A DNA stretch of 64,000 nt, from NCBI GenBank assembly GCA_965243025.1, contig CBDETY010000003.1:5536001-5600000 (forward strand). Reading direction: 5' to 3'. Shown here in pieces: positions 10,132 to 19,956 of the stretch. The position numbers and the translations under genes are program-made. Source of the stretch: Candidatus Latescibacterota bacterium (lineage in GTDB: Bacteria; Latescibacterota; UBA2968; UBA8231). The first letter of the stretch is position 1. Each line of letters begins with the position of its first letter. The notes under the pieces were generated by a model. It searched no databases. It saw only the letters and a program-made list of their open reading frames with translations, and had not been told where the DNA came from.

Positions 10132-10566
10132 CTACCCCGATCCATCACCAGCAGCGTCGTCCGCAGGTGTGTCACCCGCGAGGTAGGTGGCGGGGCGCAG
10201 GATGTGCACGCCCTGCACTGTCTTGCCGAAGTGCGAGCCGAAGTGACGCACATCTCCGGTCAACAAGTGTGTCGCACCTGCCGCCACGGCCGCTGACCAG
10301 ACGGGCCGATCCTTGTCAGGAAGTGCGAGTGGACACGGCGCGTCAGCCGGGCCCTCCGCGACGAGTCGGACGGACATGAGGCGGCTCTCCAGCGCGGTGC
10401 GCCGCGTCGTGTCGCCGAGGTTCCGTCGCGCTTCCTCGACCACGTATTCCGACGCCACCAGCTCACATCGACCGTCCAGGGCGGCCGTCCACAGTCTCGT
10501 CGATCCCGGGCTGCCGTACGCCGCACTGGAGAGCACATTGGCGTCGAGGAAGACCCGGTCCACCAT
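10132..10566 (-). CDS. PIN-domain (VapC-like) toxin
   Basis: VFLDANVL, VVEEARRNL, DKDRPV, LLTGDVRHF acidic PIN motifs; TGATG coupling to upstream antitoxin. Confidence 0.88.
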   Translation of the reverse strand: MVDRVFLDANVLSSAAYGSPGSTRLWTAALDGRCELVASEYVVEEARRNLGDTTRRTALESRLMSVRLVAEGPADAPCPLALPDKDRPVWSAAVAAGATHLLTGDVRHFGSHFGKTVQGVHILRPATYLAGDTPADDAAGDGSG

Positions 10567-10859
10567 CAGCGATCGGACGGCCGTTCGTGTGCAATGTCTC
10601 CCGGGTCGAGACCCAGATCCCGAACCTGTTTGCAGGCCCACTCGTAGTCTGCGTCATCGACGGCGTTCGACAGCAGGAACTCCGCTTTGCGTTGCGCCGA
10701 GTAGCTCTCGATGGGCAGGGCAACCGCGGGCCGGATGAGGACACCGTCGTCGCGGCCATCCACGGTGACCAGCGCCCCTTCCTCCAAGCCATACCGCCTG
10801 CGCAACTGTGCGGGGATCACCACAGTCCCCCTCTTGCCCATCTTGGTCGCCACTGCCAT
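10566..10859 (-). CDS. AbrB/MazE/SpoVT-family DNA-binding antitoxin
   Basis: KMGKRGTVVIPAQLRRRYGLEEG swapped-hairpin signature; RBS aaggag. Confidence 0.88.
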   Translation of the reverse strand: MAVATKMGKRGTVVIPAQLRRRYGLEEGALVTVDGRDDGVLIRPAVALPIESYSAQRKAEFLLSNAVDDADYEWACKQVRDLGLDPGDIAHERPSDR

Positions 10860-10890
10860 GCGAGATGCTCCTTTGTCCAAATTTCTGATA

Positions 10891-10909
10891 ATCCGAATAT
10901 CGGATATTC
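10891..10909. promoter_or_regulatory. Putative TA operator: overlapping inverted repeats
   Basis: ATCCGA-ata-TCGGAT (10891-10905) and GAATAT-cgg-ATATTC (10895-10909) in an AT-rich stretch ~30-50 bp upstream of the antitoxin start. Confidence 0.6.
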
Positions 10910-11089
10910 TGCCTCAGCAGGAGGTCATGAGTCTACCGATGTTTCAGCAAGCTCGCCCGGGCGGTTGGCGTCGCCATTCTTGCAGCCCGCTCGCCTCGCC
11001 TGCTTTATTTCGCCATTACTTGCGCCCGGGGAGGCAGGGTCGCTCCGGCGCCGGCTTGGATTCCATTACACGAAACCAGCGAGACAGCC

Positions 11090-12046
11090 ATGAAACTCCT
11101 CGTGAACGCCGATCTCATCGACGTCGACGGCGCCCTCCTCGACCAGGTTCGCTCCGTGTCCGACGACCTCGAGGTGATCGTGACGACCGACGCCGGCCGC
11201 ATCGAGCAGGTGATCCCCGAAGTCGAGGTGATCCTCGGCGGAATCGGCCCCGATCTCCTCCCCAAGGCGCCGAACCTGCGCTGGGTGCAGAGCCCGGCCG
11301 CCGGCGTCGACGGCGCCCTCTACCCCGAGTTCGCCGGCAGCGGCGTCATCCTCACCAGCGCCAAAGGTTTCGTCGGCGTGCACCTCGCCGAGCACGCCAT
11401 GGGCCTGCTGCTGGCGGTCACCCGCGGCATCGGCTGGGCGGTGCGCGCCCTCGACTGGGAGGTGAAGTGGCCGATCCGCAACAGCTCCATCGAGCTGTGG
11501 GGCCTGACCATGGGGATCGTCGGCCTCGGGGGCACCGGGCGCGAACTGGCGAAAAGAGCGCGCGCCTTCGACATGCGCGTCATCGCCGTCGATCCCGAAG
11601 CCGTCGACCTCCCCGGAGAGGTCGAGGCCTGCTGGGGAATGGACCGCTTCGGCGACCTCCTCGAACAATCCGACGTCGTCGCCATCTGCGCCCCCCTGAC
11701 GCCTGAAACCGAAGGCATGTTCGACCGCGACGCCTTTCAACGCATGCGGCGCGGCGCCATCCTGGTGAACGTGACGCGCGGGGGGATTGTGGATGGACCG
11801 GCGCTGATCGAGGCGTTGGAGCAGGGGTGGATCGGCGGCGCCGGGCTGGACGTCACCCCCGAAGAGCCATTGCCGCAGGACAACCCGCTGTGGCGGATGA
11901 AGAACGTCGTCATCACCCCGCATACGGCCGGGGCTTCCCCCAACCGCGACCGGCGGGCGGTCGAGCAGTTCTGCGAGAACCTGCGCCGCTACATCGCCGG
12001 GGAGAGGCCGCTGATCGGGGAGATCGACAAGGGCAAGGGGTACTGA
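11090..12046 (+). CDS. D-2-hydroxyacid dehydrogenase family protein
   Basis: GIVGLGGTG, NVTRGGIVD, GAGLDVTPEEPLP, ITPHTAG. Confidence 0.92.
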   Translation: MKLLVNADLIDVDGALLDQVRSVSDDLEVIVTTDAGRIEQVIPEVEVILGGIGPDLLPKAPNLRWVQSPAAGVDGALYPEFAGSGVILTSAKGFVGVHLAEHAMGLLLAVTRGIGWAVRALDWEVKWPIRNSSIELWGLTMGIVGLGGTGRELAKRARAFDMRVIAVDPEAVDLPGEVEACWGMDRFGDLLEQSDVVAICAPLTPETEGMFDRDAFQRMRRGAILVNVTRGGIVDGPALIEALEQGWIGGAGLDVTPEEPLPQDNPLWRMKNVVITPHTAGASPNRDRRAVEQFCENLRRYIAGERPLIGEIDKGKGY

Positions 12047-12050
12047 AGAC

Positions 12051-12896
12051 ATGGCGCCAACCGTCGGCATCTCGAGCCCCGGGGAGATGGGCCACGCCGT
12101 CGCCAGGGTCTTGGTCGATCGCGGCCTGCCGGTGATCGCCTGCCTCGAGGGCCGCAGCGAACGCTCGCTCGCTCGCGCCGATACGGCCGGAATCGAGGCG
12201 GTTCCCACCCTCGCCGAGGTCGCGCGGCGGGCGGATCTCTTCCTGTCGATCCTGCCGCCGGCGCACGCCCGCGAGATGGCGCGGCAGGTCGCCGCCGCCG
12301 GCGAGCCGATCACTTACGTCGACTGCAACGCCGTCTCCCCGGCGACCGCGGCCGCCATCGGTGCAACCGCGGAAGCGGCGGGTCTCACTTTCATTGACGC
12401 CGGCATCGTCGGCCCCCCGCCCATGAAGGAAGGAACCACCCGTTTCTACGCCTCCGGAGAGCGGGTGGAGGAGTTCGCGGAACTGTCGCGGTACGGCCTC
12501 GACGTGCGCGTGGTCGGCGGCGAGATCGGCCAGGCCTCCGGCCTGAAGATGTGCTACGCGTCGCAGACCAAGGGGCGCTACGCCATCTTCATCGAGTCCC
12601 TGGTGGCCGCCCGCCGCCTCGGCTGTTACGACCTGCTCGTCGAAGAGCTGAAGATGAGCCAGGCGGCGACCTTGGCCGACACCGAAAAATCGGTTCCGAA
12701 CATCCCGTCGAAAGCGGGCCGCTGGATCGCCGAAATGGAGGAGATTGCCGCGACCTTCGCCGAGGCCGGCATGACGGACCGCCTGTTCCACGGCGTCGCC
12801 GACATGTACCGCGCCATCGACGGCGCCGATCCGGATGCCTTGAGCGGGGTCGAGCTCGAGCAGCTCATCGCGCGGCTCGCCCGCGACATGGATTGA
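12051..12896 (+). CDS. NAD(P)-dependent oxidoreductase (3-hydroxyisobutyrate/6-PGDH-like, DUF1932 C-terminus)
   Basis: SPGEMG, VDCNAVSP, DAGIVGPPP, ASGLKMCYAS, KAGRWIAEMEEI. Confidence 0.85.
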   Translation: MAPTVGISSPGEMGHAVARVLVDRGLPVIACLEGRSERSLARADTAGIEAVPTLAEVARRADLFLSILPPAHAREMARQVAAAGEPITYVDCNAVSPATAAAIGATAEAAGLTFIDAGIVGPPPMKEGTTRFYASGERVEEFAELSRYGLDVRVVGGEIGQASGLKMCYASQTKGRYAIFIESLVAARRLGCYDLLVEELKMSQAATLADTEKSVPNIPSKAGRWIAEMEEIAATFAEAGMTDRLFHGVADMYRAIDGADPDALSGVELEQLIARLARDMD

Positions 12897-13064
12897 TGGT
12901 GGCGGGCAAACCCGGGCGAGCTCTGACACGACCGAGATCGCTCGCGGTTACAGTGACGGCCCGGGGCGCGGTGTGCCACCGCGTACCCCGGGAGCGACGG
13001 GCTTTGCCCCGCCGGCGGGCACTCGCTACGTAAGCTGGACCCATCGCCTTTGACCGCCAATCTG

Positions 13065-14483
13065 CTAATGCTGTTTCACCTTCTGCAGGAGCGTTTCCAT
13101 TCTCTCTCTGGTCTTGAAATTGGACTCCTTCGCCATCGCCTCCTCTACCATCTTTGCCGGGACATAGTCGGCCCACGCCCACAACTCATAGGCTGCCCGC
13201 GAGCGGACGCGTCGGGCCGGATCTCTCAGCTTCTTCAAGGCCAGGGCGACGAGCTCCCTGCTTCTCCCGGAGTGCTTCATAGCGAGACGTAGAACATCGA
13301 CGACGGCACCGGCCCGCGCGCTGGCACTTCCGCTCGCGAGTCCCTCCTCACAGCGGGAGAGTTGGGAATCGAAGCCGCCATGGCTGATCCTCGGGGCCTC
13401 TCCGGACTGCTGGTGAAGCACCTCCCTCAGAAGGTTCTCCTTGTCTTTGCGGACGATGCGGTTAGGCTCTTCGAGCATGGCACAGGCTGCCTTGTCAAGT
13501 GGTACGTCCGCCGCCCAGTCCCCCAGGTATGATACCGCGCGTTGACGAACCTGTTTCGCTCGATCGAAGAGGAGACTGACGACAAGGGGAACAATCTCCG
13601 TGCGGATGACCTCCGGTTTGCAGGGCAGATGACAGAGTGCCAGAATCGTACCGAACCTTACCTCCCGGTTGGCATCGGATAATCCTCGTTTGACGATCTC
13701 GAGGGCCGGGTGGTTCGGGTCGTCTTCGGCGAAGGAGGCGGCATAGTACGCCGCCATTCGTCTGGTTTTTGGCCTGGGGGCTTCGAGGGCTCTGTCGAAG
13801 CCTTCGATAGCTGCACCCGCACCGAGACGCCGGAGCTCGCGATAGACGTCATAGGAATGGGCATCATGCCGGGAAAGCGCCTTGAGGACTCGCTGCGTCA
13901 GGTCCTCCCCGGGTCCCTCGGATGCAAGTGTCGTTTCAACCATTTCCATATCTCGCTTTAACGACTTCCGTCCATGATGCAGTCGCGCCTTGACAGTCCC
14001 GATCGGTGCAGTCTGAATCCGAGCGATCTCCACAATGGAATAACCGCTCAGGTAGTGGAGCGTGATCGTTTCCCGTTGGGCCGGACCCAGTCGCGCGACG
14101 GCAGCGATCACCTGATCTCGCAACTCGTTGCCCTTCAACGCCCTGTGCATCTCTGCATACTGCGGATCGTTGGCGATCTGCTCGACGTCGATACTATCCC
14201 TCCGCCGCCGGAGCCAATCGATGCTCTTGTTGATCGCCATCGTTCGCAACCATGCGCCCAGCCGCGCGGGGTCCTTTAATCGATCGAGCTGAAGGAAGGC
14301 GTCCACGAATACTGACTGGGCAATGTCCTCCGCCTCGTGGAAGTCACTCACCCTCGCCAGGGTCACGCCGAACACGGCACTCTGGTACCGTCTCACAATC
14401 GGATCGAACGCTTCAGGTCCCTTCGCCAGGGCAGCCGCGACAAGTGCTTCGTCCTTCATGGTCACCGGATCGACCTCTACCAT
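13065..14483 (-). CDS. ECF sigma-70 factor with long C-terminal HEAT-like extension
   Basis: Region 2 (EAEDIAQSVF, GAWLRTMAINKSIDWLRRR), region 4 (YSIVEIARIQTAPIGTVKARLHHGRKSL), then ~280 aa of helical L-x-D-x3-VR repeats. Confidence 0.88.
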   Translation of the reverse strand: MVEVDPVTMKDEALVAAALAKGPEAFDPIVRRYQSAVFGVTLARVSDFHEAEDIAQSVFVDAFLQLDRLKDPARLGAWLRTMAINKSIDWLRRRRDSIDVEQIANDPQYAEMHRALKGNELRDQVIAAVARLGPAQRETITLHYLSGYSIVEIARIQTAPIGTVKARLHHGRKSLKRDMEMVETTLASEGPGEDLTQRVLKALSRHDAHSYDVYRELRRLGAGAAIEGFDRALEAPRPKTRRMAAYYAASFAEDDPNHPALEIVKRGLSDANREVRFGTILALCHLPCKPEVIRTEIVPLVVSLLFDRAKQVRQRAVSYLGDWAADVPLDKAACAMLEEPNRIVRKDKENLLREVLHQQSGEAPRISHGGFDSQLSRCEEGLASGSASARAGAVVDVLRLAMKHSGRSRELVALALKKLRDPARRVRSRAAYELWAWADYVPAKMVEEAMAKESNFKTRERMETLLQKVKQH

Positions 14484-14487
14484 ACCT

Positions 14488-14513
14488 GTCGCATCAGGGG
14501 TCCAAAAGGTTGC
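14488..14513 (-). promoter_or_regulatory. Putative ECF-type promoter directly upstream of the sigma gene
   Basis: Minus strand GCAACC-N16-CGAC-aggt-ATG, resembling the ECF AAC...CGNC consensus. Confidence 0.5.
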
Positions 14514-14825
14514 CTTGCTGGTTGAGGGCAGGCTTCGTCCGCATGCGCACCTGAGTTGGGGGCAACACCGACATCGGCAGGCTCTCTGTGCCCTCGCAGG
14601 GTATTTCTCATCTGTTGTCGTTCATTCAAATTTGGCATGGACACGCAGCGATCAGCCAGAGAAAAGCAGTGGCGAATTGTTGGGTTGTTATCGGTTGCGT
14701 CCGATCCTGCCCGGCGGCGGGATGCAAACCACGGAGCGGGATTCCGGGACATACCCGCCGAGACCGAGTGAGCAGCCGCAGGACTGCCTGAAAATGTCGA
14801 GGCATTCTCGCGAAAGGGAAGTGAA

Positions 14826-15731
14826 GTGAACCGGTTGGCTCTCCTGTCGGAGACGAAGTGGTGGGCCCAGCTGCTGATCCTGCCCAGCCTCCTGCTGCTG
14901 TTCGCCATCCTCGTCTACCCGATCGGATCGGGGATTCTCCTCAGCTTCAAGGAGATGCGGCTGACGCGGCCCGACCTCGGGGTCCCCTTCGTCGGCCTGC
15001 GGCACTACGTCGAGTTGGCCGGCGATCCGGTGTTCCGCGCCGCCGCTTTCAACACCCTCGTCTGGGTCGCCGCGGGAACCGCCACCCAACTCGCTCTCGG
15101 GATGGTGACCGCCCTGGGGCTGAACCGCGGCCTGCAGCGGGCGCTGCCCGGGATGCGGTGGGCCCGCGTGGCCGTGCTGCTGCCCTGGGTCATGCCTTCG
15201 GTGGTGGCCGGGCACATGTGGGCCCTGATGCTCGATTCCAGGCTGGGGGTGATCAACGATCTGCTGGTGCGCCTCGGCATACTGGTCGACTACCACCCCT
15301 TCTTCGCCGACCCGGACACGGCGATGCCGGCGGTGCTGGCCGTCGCCCTGTGGGGATCCTTTCCGTTCTTCACCCTCTTCCTGCTGGCGGGGCTCCAGGG
15401 CATCCCCGACGAGCTCTACGAGGCGGCCGATGTCGACGGCGCCGGCCTCTGGCTGCAGTTCCGCACCATCACCCTGCCCCTGCTGATGCCCATCGTCGTG
15501 GCCACCGTCGTGCTCCGCGTCATCGGCATGGTCAACGCCCCCGACCTGCTGGTGGTGCTCACCGGCGGCGGACCCGGCCACGCCACCCAGGTGCTGTCCC
15601 TCTACGCCTTCCAGAAGGCCTACGCCGAGTTCGACTTCGGGTACGCCGCGGCCCTGTCGGTGGTGATGCTCCTGCTGCTGATGGCCTTCACCGTCGTCTA
15701 CGTGCGCGTCTCCGGGGTGATGGAGGAATAG
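14826..15731 (+). CDS. Carbohydrate ABC transporter permease
   Basis: FVGLRHY, LLPWVMPSVV, LAGLQGIPDELYEAADVDGA EAA loop. Confidence 0.92.
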   Translation: MNRLALLSETKWWAQLLILPSLLLLFAILVYPIGSGILLSFKEMRLTRPDLGVPFVGLRHYVELAGDPVFRAAAFNTLVWVAAGTATQLALGMVTALGLNRGLQRALPGMRWARVAVLLPWVMPSVVAGHMWALMLDSRLGVINDLLVRLGILVDYHPFFADPDTAMPAVLAVALWGSFPFFTLFLLAGLQGIPDELYEAADVDGAGLWLQFRTITLPLLMPIVVATVVLRVIGMVNAPDLLVVLTGGGPGHATQVLSLYAFQKAYAEFDFGYAAALSVVMLLLLMAFTVVYVRVSGVMEE

Positions 15732-16579
15732 TGCGGTTCCGCTCCCGAAAGCGCACCGACAGGCTCCTCGACCTGCTGACCGTGCTGCTGATCGCGGCGA
15801 CGGCCCTGTTCTCGCTCTTCCCGCTCGCCTGGACCTTCCTGACCTCCCTCAAGCGCGAGGAGGACATCGTCACCCGCGTCCTCCAGTACGTGCCGCGGCG
15901 GGTCACCTTCGACAACTACGCGACCCTTTGGGAGCAGTCGGACTTTCCCGTCCTCGTCGCCAACAGCGCCGTGGTCACGGCGATCACCTGCCTGATCTGC
16001 CTCGCCGTCGGCATCCTGGCGGCCTACAGCTTTTCGCGCTACCGCTTCCGGGGCCGCGACCGCCTGCTGATTTTCTACCTCGTGGTCCGCATGTTTCCGG
16101 TCGTGCTGCTGATCATCCCGCTGTTCGTGATGATGCGCGACCTCGGACTGCTCGATACCCGCTTCGGGCTGGCGCTGGCGTACACCGCGTTCCTGGTGCC
16201 GCTGTGCATCTGGATGCTCAAGGGGTTCTTCGACGCGATTCCGGCCGAGCTCGAGGACGCCGCCCGCATCGACGGCTGCACCCGCCTGGGGGCGCTCTGG
16301 CGAATCGTGCTGCCGCTGGCCCGCCCCGGCCTGGCGACGACGGCGGTGTTCGTAGCCATCGCCGCCTGGAACGAGTTCCTGTTCGCCATGATGATGACCA
16401 CGAGCCAGGGCTCGCGCACCTGGCCGGTCGGACTGCAGCTGATGGTGGGGGAGTTCCAGCTGCCGTGGGGGCCGCTCAGCGCCGGCGGCATCGTCACCGT
16501 CGTCCCGATCCTGCTGTTCTTCGCGGTCGTGCAGCGGTCGCTGATCCGCGGCCTGACCTCGGGGGCGGTCAAAGGATAG
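15731..16579 (+). CDS. Carbohydrate ABC transporter permease
   Basis: GTG overlapping upstream TAG; IPAELEDAARIDG, AWNEFLFA, GLTSGAVKG. Confidence 0.92.
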   Translation: MRFRSRKRTDRLLDLLTVLLIAATALFSLFPLAWTFLTSLKREEDIVTRVLQYVPRRVTFDNYATLWEQSDFPVLVANSAVVTAITCLICLAVGILAAYSFSRYRFRGRDRLLIFYLVVRMFPVVLLIIPLFVMMRDLGLLDTRFGLALAYTAFLVPLCIWMLKGFFDAIPAELEDAARIDGCTRLGALWRIVLPLARPGLATTAVFVAIAAWNEFLFAMMMTTSQGSRTWPVGLQLMVGEFQLPWGPLSAGGIVTVVPILLFFAVVQRSLIRGLTSGAVKG

Positions 16580-16586
16580 GAGAGAG

Positions 16587-17873
16587 ATGTCGATTTCCGG
16601 GCGCGGCTGGAACCGCCGCGAATTCATCCAGACCACCGGTCTGGCGACTACCGCTCTGTCGGGCGCGGGTCTGGGTCTGGCGGCTTGCGGCGACGACAGT
16701 GGACAGCAGGCATCAGGCCCCCGCATCAACTACTGGCACCATTTCACCAATCAGACCGAGATGAAGGGTCTGCGGGAGGTGATGGCGATGTTCTCCAGCG
16801 AGCACCCCGGCATCGAGCTGACGCAGGAGAACATCCCCAACAAGGACTTCATGGCGAAGTTCACCGCCGCGGTGCAGGCCGGCACGCGCCCGCACACGAC
16901 GATGGTGACCAGCGACCGACTGGGGAACATGGTGGCCATGGGCGGGCTCGTCGACCTGGCCGACCGCGTCGACCGCTGGGAGCTGAAGGCGCACTTCCCC
17001 GAGGACCGCTGGGCGGGAGTTTCGGTCGGCGACGCGGTGTACGGCGTTCCCGCCTTCGCCTTCGTCGACTGGATGTACTACCGCAGGGACTGGTTCGAGG
17101 AGGCGGGGATCGCCGGACCGCCGGCGACCCTGGAGGAATTCCAGGAAGCGGCCATCAAGTTGACTGATCCGGCGCGGGGGCGTTACGGCTTCGGCATGCG
17201 CGCCGGGGACGGCGGCCACAACCACGTCGTCGACATGATCGAAGCCTTCGGGTCCCCCATCGTGGCCGGGGGAAAGCCGGCCATCGATGCGGCAAAAGCG
17301 GCCGACGCCCTGCGCTTCTACTCAGAGCTCTACACCCTTCACAAGGTGGTGCCGCCGAGCGCCCCGAACGACAGCTACCGCCAGATCATGGAGGCGTTCC
17401 GCACCGGCCAGACCGGGATGCTGTGGCACGGCACCGGATCGCTGACCGAGGTGCAGCGCTCGCTGGGCCCCGGGCAGTTCATGACCGCCCTGAAACCGGC
17501 CGGCCCTGAGGCCATGGTCTCGCGTCTGGGATATCTCTACAACGGGCTGATGAAGGAGGAGGACGCCGAGGCCTCCTGGGACTGGGTGAGCTACTGGGGG
17601 CGGGTCGATCCCACCGTGAGGTTCATGGAGATCACCGGGTACTTCCCGGCATCGGCGCAGGTGGCGGCGGACCCGCGGGTCACGGGCAACCCGTATTTCG
17701 CCGTCGCCGTGAAAGCGGTTAAACGCGGCCGGCTGCCGCTGCAGTTCGTCGGCGCCGAGGCCTGGGGCCGGCATACGGTCCTGCCGGCGTTTCAGAAGAT
17801 CCTCACCGGGGATTCGACCCCCGGACAGGCGGTCGACGAGATCGCCGAAGGGCTCGACCGGATTCTCAGCTGA
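16587..17873 (+). CDS. Tat-exported sugar ABC substrate-binding lipoprotein
   Basis: NRREFIQ twin-arginine, LAAC lipobox, YYRRDWFEEAGI family 1 SBP motif. Confidence 0.88.
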   Translation: MSISGRGWNRREFIQTTGLATTALSGAGLGLAACGDDSGQQASGPRINYWHHFTNQTEMKGLREVMAMFSSEHPGIELTQENIPNKDFMAKFTAAVQAGTRPHTTMVTSDRLGNMVAMGGLVDLADRVDRWELKAHFPEDRWAGVSVGDAVYGVPAFAFVDWMYYRRDWFEEAGIAGPPATLEEFQEAAIKLTDPARGRYGFGMRAGDGGHNHVVDMIEAFGSPIVAGGKPAIDAAKAADALRFYSELYTLHKVVPPSAPNDSYRQIMEAFRTGQTGMLWHGTGSLTEVQRSLGPGQFMTALKPAGPEAMVSRLGYLYNGLMKEEDAEASWDWVSYWGRVDPTVRFMEITGYFPASAQVAADPRVTGNPYFAVAVKAVKRGRLPLQFVGAEAWGRHTVLPAFQKILTGDSTPGQAVDEIAEGLDRILS

Positions 17874-18822
17874 TTCCGGAGCTCTGAGCAGGAAGCACCA
17901 CCTCCCTGCCGGAGCGGGACGACTCCATGCAGGCGGCCATCACCTCCACTACGTGGCGGCCGTATTCGCCGGTCACCGGGGGCTCGGTTCCCGCGTCGAC
18001 GGAGGCGACGAACTCCTCGAGCTGCCGCGTAGTCGCGTCGTGGGTCCCGGCGACCTCGACCTTCTCCCAGTTCCCGGTCTCGTCCCTGCCGACGAAGAGG
18101 TCGTCGTTCCCTGACTCGAGCCCGTTGGCCAGCCGGATCATCCCCTCGGTGCAGACGAACTCGGTGCTGAAGCGCCCTCCGCCGTTTTTCCACCAGACGT
18201 GGATCAGCGTCGAGTACACCCCGTTCTCGTACTGCAGCATGGCCATGGCGACGCGGCTGCCCGTCCACCAGCAGGAGCGGTCGATCAGGTGGACGCCGTT
18301 CTGGTACCACAGTCCGCCGTGGGTCGCCTTGTCGAGGTACCAGGCCTGCCTTTGGGGAACGAACGGCCGGTAGCCCTCGTCGCAGAGGCAGACGAGGTCG
18401 CCGAGGGCGCGTTCCTCCAGGAGCTTCCCAACCGCCATGTTCGCCGGATTGAAGTGGTGCATGTGGCCGACGGAGAGCTGTTTCCCCGCCCGTTGCGAGG
18501 CCGCGATCATGGCGTCGCACTGCTCGACGCTGACCGCCATCGGCTTCTCGACGAGGACGTCCTTGCCGGCCTCGAGGGCGGCGACCGTCGGTTCGCAGTG
18601 CAGTCCGTGGGGCGTGCAGACGATGACGATGTCGACTTCGCCGCAGGCGAGCAGGTTCCGGTAGTCGTCGAAACCCTGGCAGCCGTGCGCGGCGCAGGCC
18701 TCGGCCAGGCGTTCCGGGTCGGTATCGGCGGCCGCCACCAACCGCGTCGATTCGAGCTCCGCCGCAGCCCGCATGTGGACATGGGCTATGCTGCCCGCCC
18801 CGATGATCCCGATTCCGTGCAT
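17866..18822 (-). CDS. Gfo/Idh/MocA family oxidoreductase
   Basis: GIIGAGSIA, CTPHGLH, VLVEKPMA, GGLWYQNGVHLID; RBS gggagg. Confidence 0.88.
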   Translation of the reverse strand: MHGIGIIGAGSIAHVHMRAAAELESTRLVAAADTDPERLAEACAAHGCQGFDDYRNLLACGEVDIVIVCTPHGLHCEPTVAALEAGKDVLVEKPMAVSVEQCDAMIAASQRAGKQLSVGHMHHFNPANMAVGKLLEERALGDLVCLCDEGYRPFVPQRQAWYLDKATHGGLWYQNGVHLIDRSCWWTGSRVAMAMLQYENGVYSTLIHVWWKNGGGRFSTEFVCTEGMIRLANGLESGNDDLFVGRDETGNWEKVEVAGTHDATTRQLEEFVASVDAGTEPPVTGEYGRHVVEVMAACMESSRSGREVVLPAQSSGIS

Positions 18823-19125
18823 TTCAAACCTCCCGTTGAGCAGCCAACAGACGGCTGCAACGTAACCCTGCCCGAATCCGCCTTCAAGCATCCCGGGGGA
18901 GGGGATTCAACCGACTCCCCGTGCGGGGCTTTCCGCCCTCGACGGCGGTTGCCCCGGCCAGTCCGCAAAGCGACTTTCCCGGGCGCTCTCGAGGGGCAGG
19001 GCCTGGGTTCACCCCCACGCTGCGGAGCGTTCTGGTTTCGGGGGCCGTTCCCTGATCCGCCCTGCCCGACCTTCCGCGCCGGGACCCCCGGCTTCCTCGT
19101 CCACCTCCATGCAGGCAGATCGAAC

Positions 19126-19956
19126 ATGAGCCAACCAACCTCGCAGTTCCCGCTCGGCGGCCAGGTCGCCGTCGTCACCGGCGCCGCCCAGGGCCTGGGG
19201 CTGGCAACGAGCCAACGCCTCGCCAGCGACGGAGCCCACGCGATCCTCGCCGACCTGCAGCTCGACAAGACGGAAACAGAAGCCGAGCGGCTGCGCTCCT
19301 CCGGCCTCGCCGCCAGCGGCGCCGGGCTCGACGTCGCCGACAGCGCCGCGGTCGACGCCTTCTTTTCGGAAGTGCGCTCGCGGCACGGCAGCGTCGACAT
19401 CCTCGCCAACAGCGCCGGCGTCGGACAGGACGTCTGCCCGGTCAGCGAGCTCGGAGACGAAGAGTGGGACCGCGTCCTCCGGGTCACCCTGAACGGCACC
19501 TTCCACTGCTGCCGCGCCGCGGCGCGCATCATGGAGGAGCAGGAGTCGGGGAGCATCGTCAACTTCGCCTCGATAAACGGCCAGAACCCGGCCGCCCTCG
19601 TCAGCGCCTACAACGTCGCCAAGGCCGGGGTCATCAGCCTCACCCGGACCCTGGCGGTCGAGCTTGCCGCCTACGGGGTGCGCGTCAACGCGGTCGCCCC
19701 GGGCCCGGTCTACACCGCCTTCAACCAGCGCAACATGGCGATGCGCAGCGGCAGCCTGGGGATCTCCGAGGAGGAGATGATCGAGAAGGTGCGCCAGGCG
19801 ATCCCGCTGGGAAGGTGGGGGGAGCCGGAGGACATCGCCCAGGCGGTGGCCTACCTCTGCAGTCCCGACGCCGGCTGGATGACGGGGGAGGTCCTGCGCG
19901 TCAGCGGGGGTCTCGAAGGAGTGTCGGCCGCCCCCCCGAAGAGGGAGAAGGGGTGA
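19126..19956 (+). CDS. Short-chain dehydrogenase/reductase (FabG-like)
   Basis: TGAAQGLG, NSAG, YNVAK catalytic motif, NAVAPG. Confidence 0.92.
   Translation: MSQPTSQFPLGGQVAVVTGAAQGLGLATSQRLASDGAHAILADLQLDKTETEAERLRSSGLAASGAGLDVADSAAVDAFFSEVRSRHGSVDILANSAGVGQDVCPVSELGDEEWDRVLRVTLNGTFHCCRAAARIMEEQESGSIVNFASINGQNPAALVSAYNVAKAGVISLTRTLAVELAAYGVRVNAVAPGPVYTAFNQRNMAMRSGSLGISEEEMIEKVRQAIPLGRWGEPEDIAQAVAYLCSPDAGWMTGEVLRVSGGLEGVSAAPPKREKG

Noticed and set aside
8400-10900. Integron cassette array or IS-bounded island
   Set aside because: No integrase or transposase, and no recurring attC-like or terminal inverted repeats found around the AT-rich genes.
14520-14820. Small ORFs or sRNA in the sigma/ABC divergent intergenic region
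   Set aside because: No convincing RBS, coding pattern or known RNA motif.
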